Shown in pieces: positions 50,920-63,008 of a stretch of 64,000 nt of DNA. The position numbers and the translations under genes are program-made. Position 1 is the stretch's first letter. Each line of letters starts with the position of its first letter. Source of the stretch: Vermamoeba vermiformis (taxonomy: Eukaryota); the NCBI GenBank assembly GCA_045837725.1, contig JBEWZL010000064.1, positions 124,001-188,000 of the forward strand. The letters run 5' to 3'. Below the pieces are notes generated by a model that saw only the letters and a list, made by a program, of their open reading frames with translations, had not been told where the DNA came from and searched no databases.

Positions 50920-52884
50920 ATGGCTACTGAAGTCAAACTGCGAGAAGTATTCAAATCATCGCTCGAGGATGATCCAGCTGTATTCACAAAATGTAAGCGT
51001 TAATTGCTTTCGCGCGATCTGACTTTTTTATTTCAGGCATTGAATTATGTGGTCAATACAATTTAAAAGAAGAAGAACTGCTTTACAAATGGGAGGCCTA
51101 TGCCTCTAATCACCACTTGAGCGCAGATGAGAAGTTATCGCTGAAGCACTTGGACAAGCTATCGCGCATTGTGCAAGAACAAAAGCAGCCCGTGAAGCGT
51201 AATGTGCGCGCACAAGAGTACAATAAGAACACCGTTCATATGTAAGTCACTCTTCTATTGTTTCGGCGCTCATGCACCCTGCAGGCTTGGTAACGATCTG
51301 CTGAGCTTTTACGGTGTTGAAGCACCCGCATCATCAGCTGCACCTACAGCCGTTGCAGACAGCATGGATGTGGATGATACATTCGAGCCTGTTGCTCAAC
51401 CCCTCACGCGCGATCGCAAATCTGGTCAAGTGGAGAGCTACAACGCCACCCTCTCTGAAGTGCACGCGAGTGGTGTGCCGAGTGACGTGCAGGTGCTGCA
51501 ACACGTCGCGCGCTACGACTACATGTACGATCGCTTGGAAGATCAAGTGCAAGGTACGTGCTGTCTGCCCATCCAGCACTCGACTCACACTGAACGGTTG
51601 TGAATAGCGCGAACACGTGCCGAACAGGTCATTGGTGCTCAACTCGCAGCGCGTCACGGCTTGGCGTGGCAGAACGAGAGCGTGGAGGAGGCAGATGTCG
51701 CGCAAGAGCTCACCGTGCTGGGTCGCGTGGTGCACCGCAACAAGGACGGCGTGACACCGAGTGGCGCGATGAGCACGGACACGGTGGGACTGGTGGTGCG
51801 CAACAAGTGCTATCGCTTGGACGTGCTGTCCGTGCCACACACCGTGCTCGTGCCGGGCATGCACGTGGCTGTCAAAGCTGTCAAGGCCCATGCCACCAGA
51901 CTGCGCGTCACTGACTGCTGGTCCGATGCCGCACTCACGCCCGCACCCCTCACCACGCGCAACACACGGCTGTTGATTGCCGCAGGGCCCTACACTGCGC
52001 GCACAGATCTGCGCTACGACGGACTGGAGCTGCTGTTCGCGCGCATCAGAACCACGCTGCCCGATGTCGTCGTGTTGGTACGTACCAGTGACTTGGCACG
52101 CTAGTCGCACTCACACCCCTCAACAGCTCGGTCCATTCGTCGATGTTGAACACCCGCACGTGCAAGGTGCAGCGGAGATGACGCGCAGTGTGGCGGAAGA
52201 ATTCTCCGCGGTGCTGACACGTGTCGATCAACTCGCCGCAGCACTGCACCACACACAGTTCGTGCTCGTGCCGTCACTGCGCGATGCCCATCAGCCCTTC
52301 GTGTATCCGCAGCCCTGCTACTCGGTAAGTGACACGTGTCATCACGACCTCCGTGCTGACTGAGTGGTTCATGAACAGGCTAAGCCACAGTCCGCGAACA
52401 TCAAGCTGGTCTCGAACCCCGCAGTGCTCAGCGTGAATGGAGTGCGCATCGGCATCTCCACGGCGGATGTGTTGCGGCACATGGCAGCGGTAGAGTTGAC
52501 TGCGCGCACTGCTCAGGACTCGGATCGCATTGCACGACTGCTGCGTCACGTGATCGAACAAGAGAGCTTTTATCCGCTCTATCCCGCGCACACTGAAGTG
52601 CCACTCCACGCGAGTAAATATTTGCAATGTATGTTTCATGAACACGCCCCGCACGTGTTGGTGATGCACTCGCAGCTGCAACACTTTGCCAAGGTAATTA
52701 TTCCGCTCCATTCACTGAACAGCGTACTGACCTCGCGCAGAGTGTGCACGGCGTGTTGTGCGTGAATGCAGGACGCGTGGTGAGTGGCAACTCGAGTGGC
52801 ATGTGCGCTGAACTGCACATCCACGCCTCTGACACGTGTCAATCCGTGGCCGATGTGACGCGTGTGAATCACGTGTATTTGTAG
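50920..52884 (+). CDS. POLA2: DNA polymerase alpha subunit B
   Basis: EELLYKWEAY, YDYMYDRL, IAAGPYT, PDVVVLLGPFVD, VLVPSLRDAH..VYPQP, VSNP, QESFYPLYP. Confidence 0.9.
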
Positions 52885-53001
52885 CGCGGTGGTGTCCTCT
52901 GCGTGCCATCAAGTTGCGCGCGCAGAGCTATTTATAGCACATGTGTATAGCGAGTGTTAAATTAACATTACATATCGAGTATTTATATCCTATTGAACAG
53001 T

Positions 53002-53626
53002 TCACTGTTGCGCACTACTACTGCTGCTGGTATTAGTGCTGCTGTGCGCCTTCAAGCGTTCTGAGTACAAGATCGCGCGTCGATCGAATTTAGTGCCGTG
53101 TTTCTGTTGCCATGCTTGCTTCAATACCTCGCGCAACTGCAGTCCTGCTTCGGAGTCAATCTTCTTCGATTTAGTAAACAGCAGGTAGTTGTCGAGACCC
53201 CCTTAGCAAGGCATGAGTTGAGTTCAGATCCAGATCTGCTATGCACTTACCAACTTTTTCAATCGTCTTGAGCGCAGTGGTGGATACTGCAATAGAAAAC
53301 TTTTGATCTAATAAGTCACTTTTGAATGTCTTTTGCCTGATATTGGGCAACCACGAGCGACGAGTTCTGGATGAGTTGAAAATTAATTTAAAAATATTGT
53401 AATAATTAGAATAGTAATATCCAGGCATTATTCAGACATACGCACATATTATTGCAAAAATATATATTAAATAAATTGATTAGCACGCAGTGGGCGGTAC
53501 GTACTTGCGATGAGAGAAGCTGATGGAATTGCCGCTGAGTCGTTGTTTGCCAGCATAGAGACCTCGCTGTGCGCGCAACAATGTGCCACTGCGCGTGATG
53601 AGTGCGTGCAACTGTGCCTGCAACAT
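53002..53626 (-). CDS. MRPL28: Mitochondrial ribosomal protein bL28m
   Basis: RAQRGLYAGKQRLSGNSISFSHRK|TRRSWLPNI...STTALKTIEKVGGLDNYLL. Confidence 0.92.
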
Positions 53627-53746
53627 GTCTGTGTTCAGTGTGCGTGTCTTGCGCAATGATTTTTCACCGCGCACGAACAACTCTTTCACTGACAGGGCCA
53701 GACTGAATAAACAGCTGCAGCGACTAGTGCACCACACAGCATTGCA

Positions 53747-55682
53747 ATGAGTGCACACAAGCGACGTCACGACGATGACTACGATGATGACCGCAGCAGC
53801 AAGCGACATCGCAGTGAGCGCGACAGATCAGATCGAGACAGAGAACGCTCTCGCACGAGTGAGCGGGCCTCAGAGCACTCAGGCTACACAGACAAGAGCA
53901 ATCCGTTCGGTGATGGCAATTTGACGCAGCGATTTGAATGGCGCGCTAAAGAAAAGAAATTGAAAGAGCAAGGCACTGATCCGCGACGAATGAGCAAAGA
54001 ACAGGAACGAGAGCGCGAGGAGGAGATTAAGGTATGTGATATATGCATATTGTTATGGCGGCAAAATTCTGCTGCGCCGTGCAAGTCAGATCTGACACGC
54101 ATAACTAGCGCGACTTGGCCAAATTGAAAGAACGCCGCGAAGAGCGCGAGCGATGGGAGGCAGAGAAAGCACGACTGGAGCGCGAGAAGTGGAATCAAGA
54201 GCAGACTGAAGGCAGTGGTGAGCTGGCGTGGCAGTGGCGTCAAACGCGTCTCAGATGTGAGCAGCGCGTGGCTCAACAGCGCGCTGGACCCGTGGACTGG
54301 ATGTACAAACTGCTCGCCGGGGTGTACATGCACGCGAGCAAGCATCCTGGAGCTACTTCTGAACAAGTCGGACCCTATGTGGAGCGCGACACACGCAATG
54401 CACTGCTCGATCAGGTGGACGAGATGGATCTGATCCAGCCTGCAGTCTTGTTGCGCGAGCTGAGTGCCGAAGAGCTGCGCGCCATGCTCGAAGACATCAG
54501 CAGCGTGGTGGAGTGGGAGCCGAAGAGTCGCATTGACGGCACTGCGTACCACACGCGCGAGTTTTGGCTGAGCGTGGAGCTGCTGGTGCGCGAACAACTG
54601 CAACTGACGCGCGACGAGAGCGGTGCGGTGCATCACAGCATCCAAGAGGACATTGACGCGATATTCGACGGCAAGAACTACGCAGAGCTGTGCGAGCTAG
54701 AGACGCAGATCCAAGGCACGATCGACAGCGGACAAGTGGCCGATGAAGAGTACTGGCACTCGGTGCTCAAGCGACTCGTGGTCTTCAAAGCACACATGCT
54801 GGTGCGTGAAGTGCATCGCGCGATCATCACACGTGATCGACAGGCACGTGTCACAGCCAAGCACGGCGCAGAGCAGTGGCGCACATTGACAGGTGTCATG
54901 CGCGATCAAGAGGAGTATTTGAAGAGTGGAGCACGTGACCAAGAGGCAGTGACACGTGTCAAGAATGTGATTCGCGCGCATCTGAAGCAGTACCGCGAGG
55001 TGCGTGCAGGCAGTGCCGGCGAGGAGGAGTCGAGTGCGAGTGAGGCCGCAGACGACACACCACAGCGCGCAGGGGGCGTGGTGATGAACGAGCAGGAGAT
55101 GTTGGCCATGGAACAGGCGCGCGGTCTCGATGAGAACGAAGAGCTGTTCAATCAGGACTATCCACTCGCACAGCTCAAGCGGAACAACTCAGAGGCACTG
55201 CCCTCCATGGCGAACATTGCCGCCATGATGAGTGGTGCCAGCAGTGCCAGCGCGGACAAATACAAGCCGCGCAAGCCCAAGTACTACAATCGCGTGAAGA
55301 GCGGCTACGAGTGGAACAAGTACAATCAGACGCACTACGATCAGGACAATCCCCCGCCCAAGGTGATTCAGGGCTATCAGTTCAATGTACGTGCCAGTCC
55401 TCGGCGTGTATGTGCAGCGTGTATACTCACCCTTAGTCATTGCAGATATTCTACCCCGATCTGATCGATCCCACCAAGTCCCCGCAGTACTTTATCGAGC
55501 CGACAGAGAGTCACGATCACGTGATTCTGAGATTTCACGGCGGACCTCCCTACGAAGACATTGCATTCAAGATTGTGAACAAGGAGTGGGAGAAGTCGCA
55601 TCGCAAGGGCTTCAAGAGCACGTTCATGAACGGCATCTTGCAGCTGTGGTTCAGCTTCAAGCGCTACAAGTACCGCCGTTGA
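53747..55682 (+). CDS. CACTIN: Cactin spliceosomal factor
   Basis: GYTDKSNPFGDGNL..RFEW, DKYKPRKPKYYNRVKSGYEWNKYNQTHYDQDNPPPKVIQGY.FNIFYPDLID, GPPYEDIAFKIVNKEW, FKRYKYRR*. Confidence 0.96.
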
Positions 55683-55715
55683 AGTCTGTTTAATATTATG
55701 TGCTATATAAATACA

Positions 55716-56614
55716 TCACTGATTGAGTTGCATTTGACCGCGCAGCAGTGCAGTGAAGGTCGTGTTGTTGAGCACGTGATCGACCAGGGCTGGCACGTGC
55801 TCGGGTGTCACGTAGCCGTACCATCGTCCGTCAGGGAAGCACAAGACATTGCCCGCGTATTTGTGACCACCGACGTGCGAGGTCTGGGCACGTGATTAGT
55901 GCGCTATTTTTAGCCGCAGTGGGCACTGAATGCGCGAGTACTCACCTTGGCGACCAACACTTGCTGTGACAGCTGTCGTTTGGCGATCTCTTCGGTGAGC
56001 AGTTGATGCAGTCCTGTCAAAAACAATCACGTGATCAGTCACCGCGCAGACCAGCAAGTGACACGTGTCATACTCGGTCCACAGTACGCGCATCGTTTGT
56101 CGACTTTGACGTGCGCACACACGAAGAGCACGTGACGGTACGAGAGAGCACGTGCCTCGAGTCCGTGCGCGAGTGGAGTGCCGTGCAGCCAATAGCTGAG
56201 CAGGGCGGGCAGTTGTGTCGCGAGGGCCGTGCTGTCCAAGCCAGTCAGCAGCGCGCTGTGTCCGCCCTTGAAGTACAGCGCACTCACGCCACTGCCCCCC
56301 ACTGCTGCACTCGACAGCTCCGTGGCCGAGAGTTTGATCTTGCCCAGGGTGTCGCGGTGTTGTTTGAGCAGACTGCTGAGTGCCACCATCACGGGCGACA
56401 ATTGTTCCACCTTCACGGGCCACTCCTGCTCACTCACGCCCGTGCACACGAACAGATGGCCCTGGTACTCTGCGCGCAATCATTAGCGGGGGTGCTATTA
56501 ATAGGATGTAACATGAATTAGCAGTCCTAATTTACCATCAACGGAGTCAGCCAGCGATTCTGTGCAGGGACGACCAAATCCAACAGTCAAATTCAAGTCT
56601 TCAATGTCAGCCAT
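55716..56614 (-). CDS. Sucrase/ferredoxin-like Aim32/Apd1 family 2Fe-2S protein
   Basis: LFVCAHVKVDKRCAYCGP (C-x8-C) and SHVGGHKYAGNV...WYGYVTPEHV...RG. Confidence 0.9.
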
Positions 56615-56804
56615 TATCTTCGCACGAGTACTATATAAATGTGTGATATAGCCGATAGAGGTCCAAGCAGTGCTGTGTTGCACTCACGAAGCAGTAGAAT
56701 AGTCAAATAAACTTCTGCGCCACTGTCCAGGCTCACACGACGGAAGTTATTTCGCCGAGCAGCACACGAGTCCCTAGTCTAGCACATATATATACACCGC
56801 AGCA

Positions 56805-57154
56805 ATGAGCAAGAAGTCACCCTCAGAGTTCTTAAAGTCCGTGCTTGGCAGACCTGTGATCGTCAAGCTCAACAGCGGCACGACGTATCACGGCATTCTC
56901 GCCTGCTTGGACGGCTATATGAACATTGCCATGGAACAGACGCAAGAGTTTGTGAATGGCCAGTTGAAGAACACTTATGCAGACACATTTATTCGAGGCA
57001 ATAATGGTACGTGCACCGCTCTGATAATTTTTAAAATTTTCAATATGCGCTGCTTCCAATCAGACTTGTTAGAATACATCCTAATTAATATAGTCAACAA
57101 TATAAAATAACACTAATATTATTTTTAGTTCTGTACATTCGCGCGCAAAAATAA
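56805..57154 (+). CDS. LSM6: U6 snRNA-associated Sm-like protein LSm6
   Basis: SPSEFLKSVLGRPVIVKLNSG..YHGILACLDGYMNIAMEQT...FIRGNN|VLYI. Confidence 0.95.
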
Positions 57155-57340
57155 GCTGGATTTGTATTTGTACAAATAAACCTGTAATTTCCTGTACGGT
57201 ACGATTGGTCGTGGCCTTATTGAGCAAGCAAGCATATGGACTATAGTGCATGCGGTGCAATCGATGTGCAGCTATCAGTCCACTGGCAGATATTTTTATC
57301 ATTAATACTCAGATCACAACAACACGACGCGCAAGACCCG

Positions 57341-59851
57341 ATGAATATAGAGCTAGTACACACACTACTCGCAGCACTCGATCACGCACAGAGCGAGCAT
57401 GTTGAGCGCAGTTTGAAGCAGATCAAGAATTTGATTATCGGCAACGTTACAAACAAGAATGTATTTTTGACGCACCATATACTGCGCAAGTAAGTGCGTG
57501 CAAGGACTTTGGTGACTCGGGGGTCAATTTCAATATTATTTTAATTATTAAAATTATGCAATTAATTTCGCATAATTAATCGTCTATTCTCCGCTAGACT
57601 CGAAACACTGCTGTCACGTGATGTGCTGTCACGGGATTGGCGCGTACTCGATGCAGCAGTCGTCGTGCTCGGCAGCATCACTCGTACGCGCACTGATTGG
57701 TCGGCGCACGCTGCTGAGTTATTCCGCTTGTTCGAGCACGTGCAGAGAGTGCTGGCACGTGTTCAGAGTTCAGAACTCGAATTACCAAAAAAGGAAACCC
57801 TTCTACTGTCTTGCTGTCGCACACTGTCGCTGCTGCTCCAATTAGAGCAGTCACGTGATCGAACACCACTGCACAGCCATACCTTGCAGCTGTTGGCGGA
57901 ATTACTGTTGTTCCGCACCACACAGGAGCACGTGACACGCCGTGACAGTCAACTGCTGATCACGGTCACTACACTGCTGTCACGTGTCATGACGGTGCAG
58001 CACGTGACTGACTTGGCACTGGCACCCGAGCACGTGGTGTACTGTCTCGAACAGCTGGCACGTGACTCGATCACTTGGACGGTACGTGCGCGCATCATGC
58101 TGTCACGTGACTGACTATATTTAGACACGCGAGTCGTTGCTGCACTTTTTGGCGCTGAGCAGGCAGTTGAGCGACAGCAATCGCGCGTGGCACGTGGCAT
58201 TCGAGCGCGTGGCAGTTATTCCGATATTGTCCCGCACACTGACCACTGTTGCGGTGCATTCAGTGAACCACGCAGGCCATTACCAAATTAGGCTCGATCT
58301 CTGCCAGTTGACAGCACACATTGCTGGCTTGAATGTGGCTGGTTTATCTAAAAATAGAGATTGGTGCTATTTTTGGACGCAGATCGCGCATCAGGTCCAC
58401 GCACTGTTCACTGAACTGCCTGCTGCTATAAATAGCTCTGAAGACACCGCGAAATACTTGCAACAACTGAGTGACGTCACAGCCACTCTATGCAGCAGAC
58501 TTCCTAATTTGGAAGTGTTGTTGTTGGAGAATTCGCTGCTGATCAAAGTCGCAGAGTGCGTGCAGCACGTGATCAGTGCCAATCACGGTTCACTGAATGG
58601 ATTGATCGAATCTTTGCTGAAATTTATTGATCACATGCTCACCAAGGCCTACACTTCCAAATCAGGCAACGATCCCAAGTGGTCCAATACTTTCATTTCC
58701 AAATTTGTAATTCACCAAGCCGTATACCAGGCAGTGACAGCAGTGCTAAATTTGGCAAGTGACGGCAAGACACAGATAGCGAATGAAATTCCGCTGCACT
58801 GTCTGCTGCAACTTACCCGATTAGGCATCAGACACGTGTTCGCACCGCACAAGACACTGCTAGCCCAACGGACCAATCAGAGCGAAGAGCAGTCACGTGA
58901 TCAATCTCCCGCACAGCTGGTGACGCATCTGATCGATCTGGCTGCCAAAAAGGGAGAGGATCACGAACTAGCGACACGTGCCATCAGCTGCGTGTGCAAT
59001 CTCGTGCTGGAGATACGACCGCTGAGTCACGTGCTGCTGGCACACGAGGCACGGTTGTTGCAGCAGTTGATTCGTGTCGCGCGACTGAGTACTCCACTCA
59101 CTCCGCAACTGCGCCTGGCAGGTACATTGCCATATATAGTAATGTTCAATCAGGACTCAATGTTGCTAATTATAGGACTGTGGACGCTGAAGAATTTGGT
59201 TCATGAATCAGCGCCGAGTGTCAAGCAGCAAGTCATGCAACACGTCACGTGGCCTGTCTTGTGCGCGTAAGTAGTGACTTTTCACTGAACCACCGTTCAC
59301 TGAACTGCCGTGCCAGGCTGCTGAATGACAGCGATGCCCTTGTGCAGCAACACGCGCTGGCATTCACGCGAAATCTCGTGCACAAAGTGAATGCGGAACA
59401 ATTCCAGAACATACTTCCCACCGCCGAGTTCACTGAACAGCTGATGCACTTACTAAAAAAGGCGAAATCTCCCTCCGTGGTCTCTCAAGCCCTGTACGTG
59501 TGTGCCAACATTGCGGAGGCGCATCCACAGCTGCTGTTCGAGCACGAGTTAGTATTGCCTATTATGGACATGATCGATATCAACAGACCCGCTGAAGTAC
59601 TCATGGCCGGTCTGTGGTGCTTGGTGAACCTCACATGGAGTGCTGAAGATGACACTTTGACACGTGTCAAACAGCTCGCTGACACGGCTAGAATTGGATT
59701 CTTCGATCGACTGCGTCAAATTCGCGGCTCTGATTCGCTGGCAGTGGACGTGATTGACAGAGCCAAACAAGGTAAGTGGCACCTGTCGCCTATTATACTA
59801 GACTGACACGTGTCATTGGCAGTTCTCGATCAGATGGTGCTGCGTGACTAA
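57341..59851 (+). CDS. ARMC8: ARMC8/Gid5-like armadillo-repeat protein (CTLH/GID complex), divergent
   Basis: LKQIKNLIIGNVTNK, AVVVLGS, CVCNLVLE, GLWTLKNL, LLNDSD..VQQHALAFTRNL, ALYVCANIA, GLWCLVNLTW. Confidence 0.8.
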
Positions 59852-59957
59852 ATAAAATGCGGAATAAATGCTGTATTGTACAAATTTGGCAATTAGGGTA
59901 TTCTTGGACAGTGTTTATGATTCACTATGTACAAATAAGGCAAGTGACTTGTTGCCA

Positions 59958-61536
59958 CTACAGATTGTGCGACACACTGTCCGCGTACTGCGACCAGAGC
60001 CCTTGCGACACGTGCTTCCACTTGAGATTGAGCTCTTTCAGCTGCTTCACCTCTTCGCGCAGTCGATTGTTCTCTGCCGTCACGTGATCGCTGTTCGCGT
60101 CACTCGGACCACTGGCATGGGCTGGTCTGCGTACCGCACGCACGCGTTCATGAAACACCTCTTCGCTCCACGTGACTGGCTCAGCATCGAGATCGGTCGT
60201 GCCGAGGACCGTGCTGCTGTCTTGGTGCCACAACGTGTCAATCACCTCGTGCTTGGTGTCACTCAGAGCCATGACGCGACGTGTCACTTGCTGACTCGTG
60301 TCATTTGCAGATTCATCATCTTTGCTGATTTTGCCCAGCATCTTCAGACCTGCACGCTTTTTGCTGCGATGTTCCTCTTCGCGCGCATCTAATTTTAGCA
60401 CCACCGCAGCGTGCAGCACAGGGCCCATGTGGCGCGTGAAGGAGTGTGCGATCTGAAAGCTGTTCTCGTACCACACCAGACACGTGTGATCTGCGCTCGT
60501 GGAGATCACGTGACTGCCATCCATGCTCGTGGTCAGTGACGTCACGCGCTGCTTGTGTCCGCGATAGCAGTTGTCGTCACGTGCTGTCTCGATTTGGAAG
60601 TCACGTGCGGGAGGGTCCCAGAGTCCGAGTCTATAAATAACTCCGTCCTCACTTCCCACGTAGGCGCAGTGCCCTGTGGGACTGACAGCGAGTGCGGTGA
60701 GTGGTGTGCTGAATGTGACAGCAAACAGCACGTGACGCGACAGCACATCCCACACACGACACGTGCCATCGGTGCTGATCGACAGCAATTTGCTCTCGCT
60801 CGTCCATGTGACACCTGTCACTGCCAGTCTGTGCGCACTGAGTGTCACGTGACGTGCTGACTCGTTCTGTGAACAGAGAGCACGTGACCAGTCCCACACG
60901 TGCACAGTCGCGTCAGCTCCACCCGTGGCGAGCCATCGCTCTCGCGGACTCATGCGCTAAATACCGCTCGTTAGTTGATTTGCCAGTAGATTGGTTCACT
61001 GAACGTACAATGCACTGAACAGCACGGCGGTGAGCTCCGATCAGTGTCAGGACGAGTGCGCCATCCACCACAGACCAAGCGCGAATAGAGCCGTCGTCAA
61101 ATCCAGCAACAATGTATCTCCCGAGCGGAGATGCGTGCAGTGCTGTCACTTTGAGCGCGTGTTCGGCGCTCATAGTCACCACACTGCGAGTGGCGATCGA
61201 CTCCTGAAGATCAACCATCAGTACCGTTAATAGTATTAAGATCGTGTTATATATGATATTTGGGTATTTTTGGCGATATTTTCACGATTATTTCTCAACT
61301 AATTCGCGGATCCAGATCGCATCGCCTACCGAATCCCAATTCCAAGCGAGTATCTTGTTGTCCACAGCGAGCATGGGATGTGCGTCTAGTCGATCAGTGA
61401 CGGGTTGCATCACACACGCATTGCTGCTGGTCATCACATTCGCACCCAATCCGCGCCAAGTGCGCACGACAGTACCGCCGCGCAGAGTCCAGGCTTGAAT
61501 TGAGCCCTCGGCACCATAGCTCACTATCAACTCCAT
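59958..61536 (-). CDS. WDR18: WDR18/Ipi3 (Rix1 complex) WD40 protein with C-terminal coiled coil
   Basis: WD repeats (IRAWSVVDG.L...AHRRAVQCI, LATGGADATVHVW, AHRLAVT, STDGTCRVW, GHKQRVTSL) and a terminal LREEVKQLKELN coil. Confidence 0.8.
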
Positions 61537-61709
61537 GCTGCTGTTGTGTTGCTGTTGCTGCTTGTTGTGTTGAACTCAAAGCCCCTCATTGATTTATTTC
61601 ACGCAGTCGACTGACACACAGCTAGCAGTAGTCAGCACAGCACTGCCACTAGACATTGCAAATATATATTGGGCTGCAATACCAAGCTGCATTTATCTGC
61701 CGCGCTACG

Positions 61710-62842
61710 ATGAACCAGTTGTTGACTGCACTGCGCACTGGCCTGTTGAGTGCCATCCACGCGCCCCTACCCCAGCGCGGAATATTACACGTTACTGGGA
61801 GCGACTCCACTAAATTTTTGCAAGGATTAGTCACGCACAAAATCGACTCTGAACAGACTTGCATTCACGCTGCATTTCTGAATCCCAAGGGGCGCATGTT
61901 GTTTGACACTCTCATGTACAGACGCGACGACGGCAAGAGCTGGCTGATTGAAGTCGACAAAGCGCAACTGCCCCATCTGACGCAGCACCTCAAGCAGTAC
62001 AAATTGCGTGCTAAAATCACTATAGAGCCCGAGTTAGACAAGGCCTATCGTATATGGTCACTATTATGCTCCAATATAGAACAACGAGACAAAATATTGA
62101 CCTATTTGCTGAATTATAATGCCTCCTCGCTGCAGCTGTCATTTCACCTGGATCCACGACACCCACTGTTCCTGCGAATGGTATTGCCACACGATATGGA
62201 AGGTATTGGAAAATAATATAATATTAACATTTATTAACGCCGTTGCCAGTCAAATTCCCCAAATCTGTCTTTGTTGATCCACTTCAAAGCACAGAAGTGA
62301 CAGCGAGTTCAAGTAACATATACAAGTGGTTTAGAACAGTGCATGGAATACCAGAAGGCGCATTTGAATGTGTATCAGACTCCATTCCTCTCGAAATGAA
62401 CTTGGATGTGACTGACGGAGTACATTTCAACAAAGGTTGTTATTTAGGACAAGAGCTCATCGCACGCTCTCACCATACAGGTGTTATACGCAAGCGATTG
62501 TTGCCATTTATGCTAGGAAATGACAGTCAGCACGTCGTTGTCAAGCCAGATCAGCTCGTGCCTGACGGCGCGGATCTGTTTCGCGAAGTTGATGCCACTG
62601 CAGTGCCAGAGATCAACAGCGATATTATACTCGCCAATGGACAAGAAGGAGGCGATGTCAAAACAGGGCGCGTGTTCACAACGTGCTGGAATGTTGGATT
62701 TGGGATGTGCCGCTTAGAACACCTTAGTGCCACTGCGCAGTTTCAAGCAGGAGCTAGTCGCTTAGGATTCATCAAGCCAGCGTGGTGGAGTCACTATCTC
62801 AAACAACAAGATGAAGTGAATCGTTCTATTAATGCGCTGTGA
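61710..62842 (+). CDS. IBA57: Iba57/YgfZ mitochondrial Fe-S maturation factor
   Basis: RGILHVTGSDSTKFLQGLVT, FLNPKGRMLFD, PLEMNLD..GVHFNKGCYLGQELIARSHHTGVIRKRL. Confidence 0.95.
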
Positions 62843-63008
62843 GACTCGAAATAAAATTAATCGAGTAAAAGCTGCTATTGATCACTACAATTACGAGCAC
62901 TAGTCATAGTCGCACTCGAATCGACCAGTATTCACTCGCAAATTGATAGTCTCGCAGATTATAGGAAGGGCGAGCGAATCCTCGCAGATTGCAGATTAGA
63001 CCTCGAGA

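Noticed and set aside
25051-62842. Functional cluster of Fe-S genes (DRE2, Aim32/Apd1, IBA57) or of mitochondrial genes
   Set aside because: They are dispersed among unrelated housekeeping genes, which is plausible by chance in a gene-dense genome.
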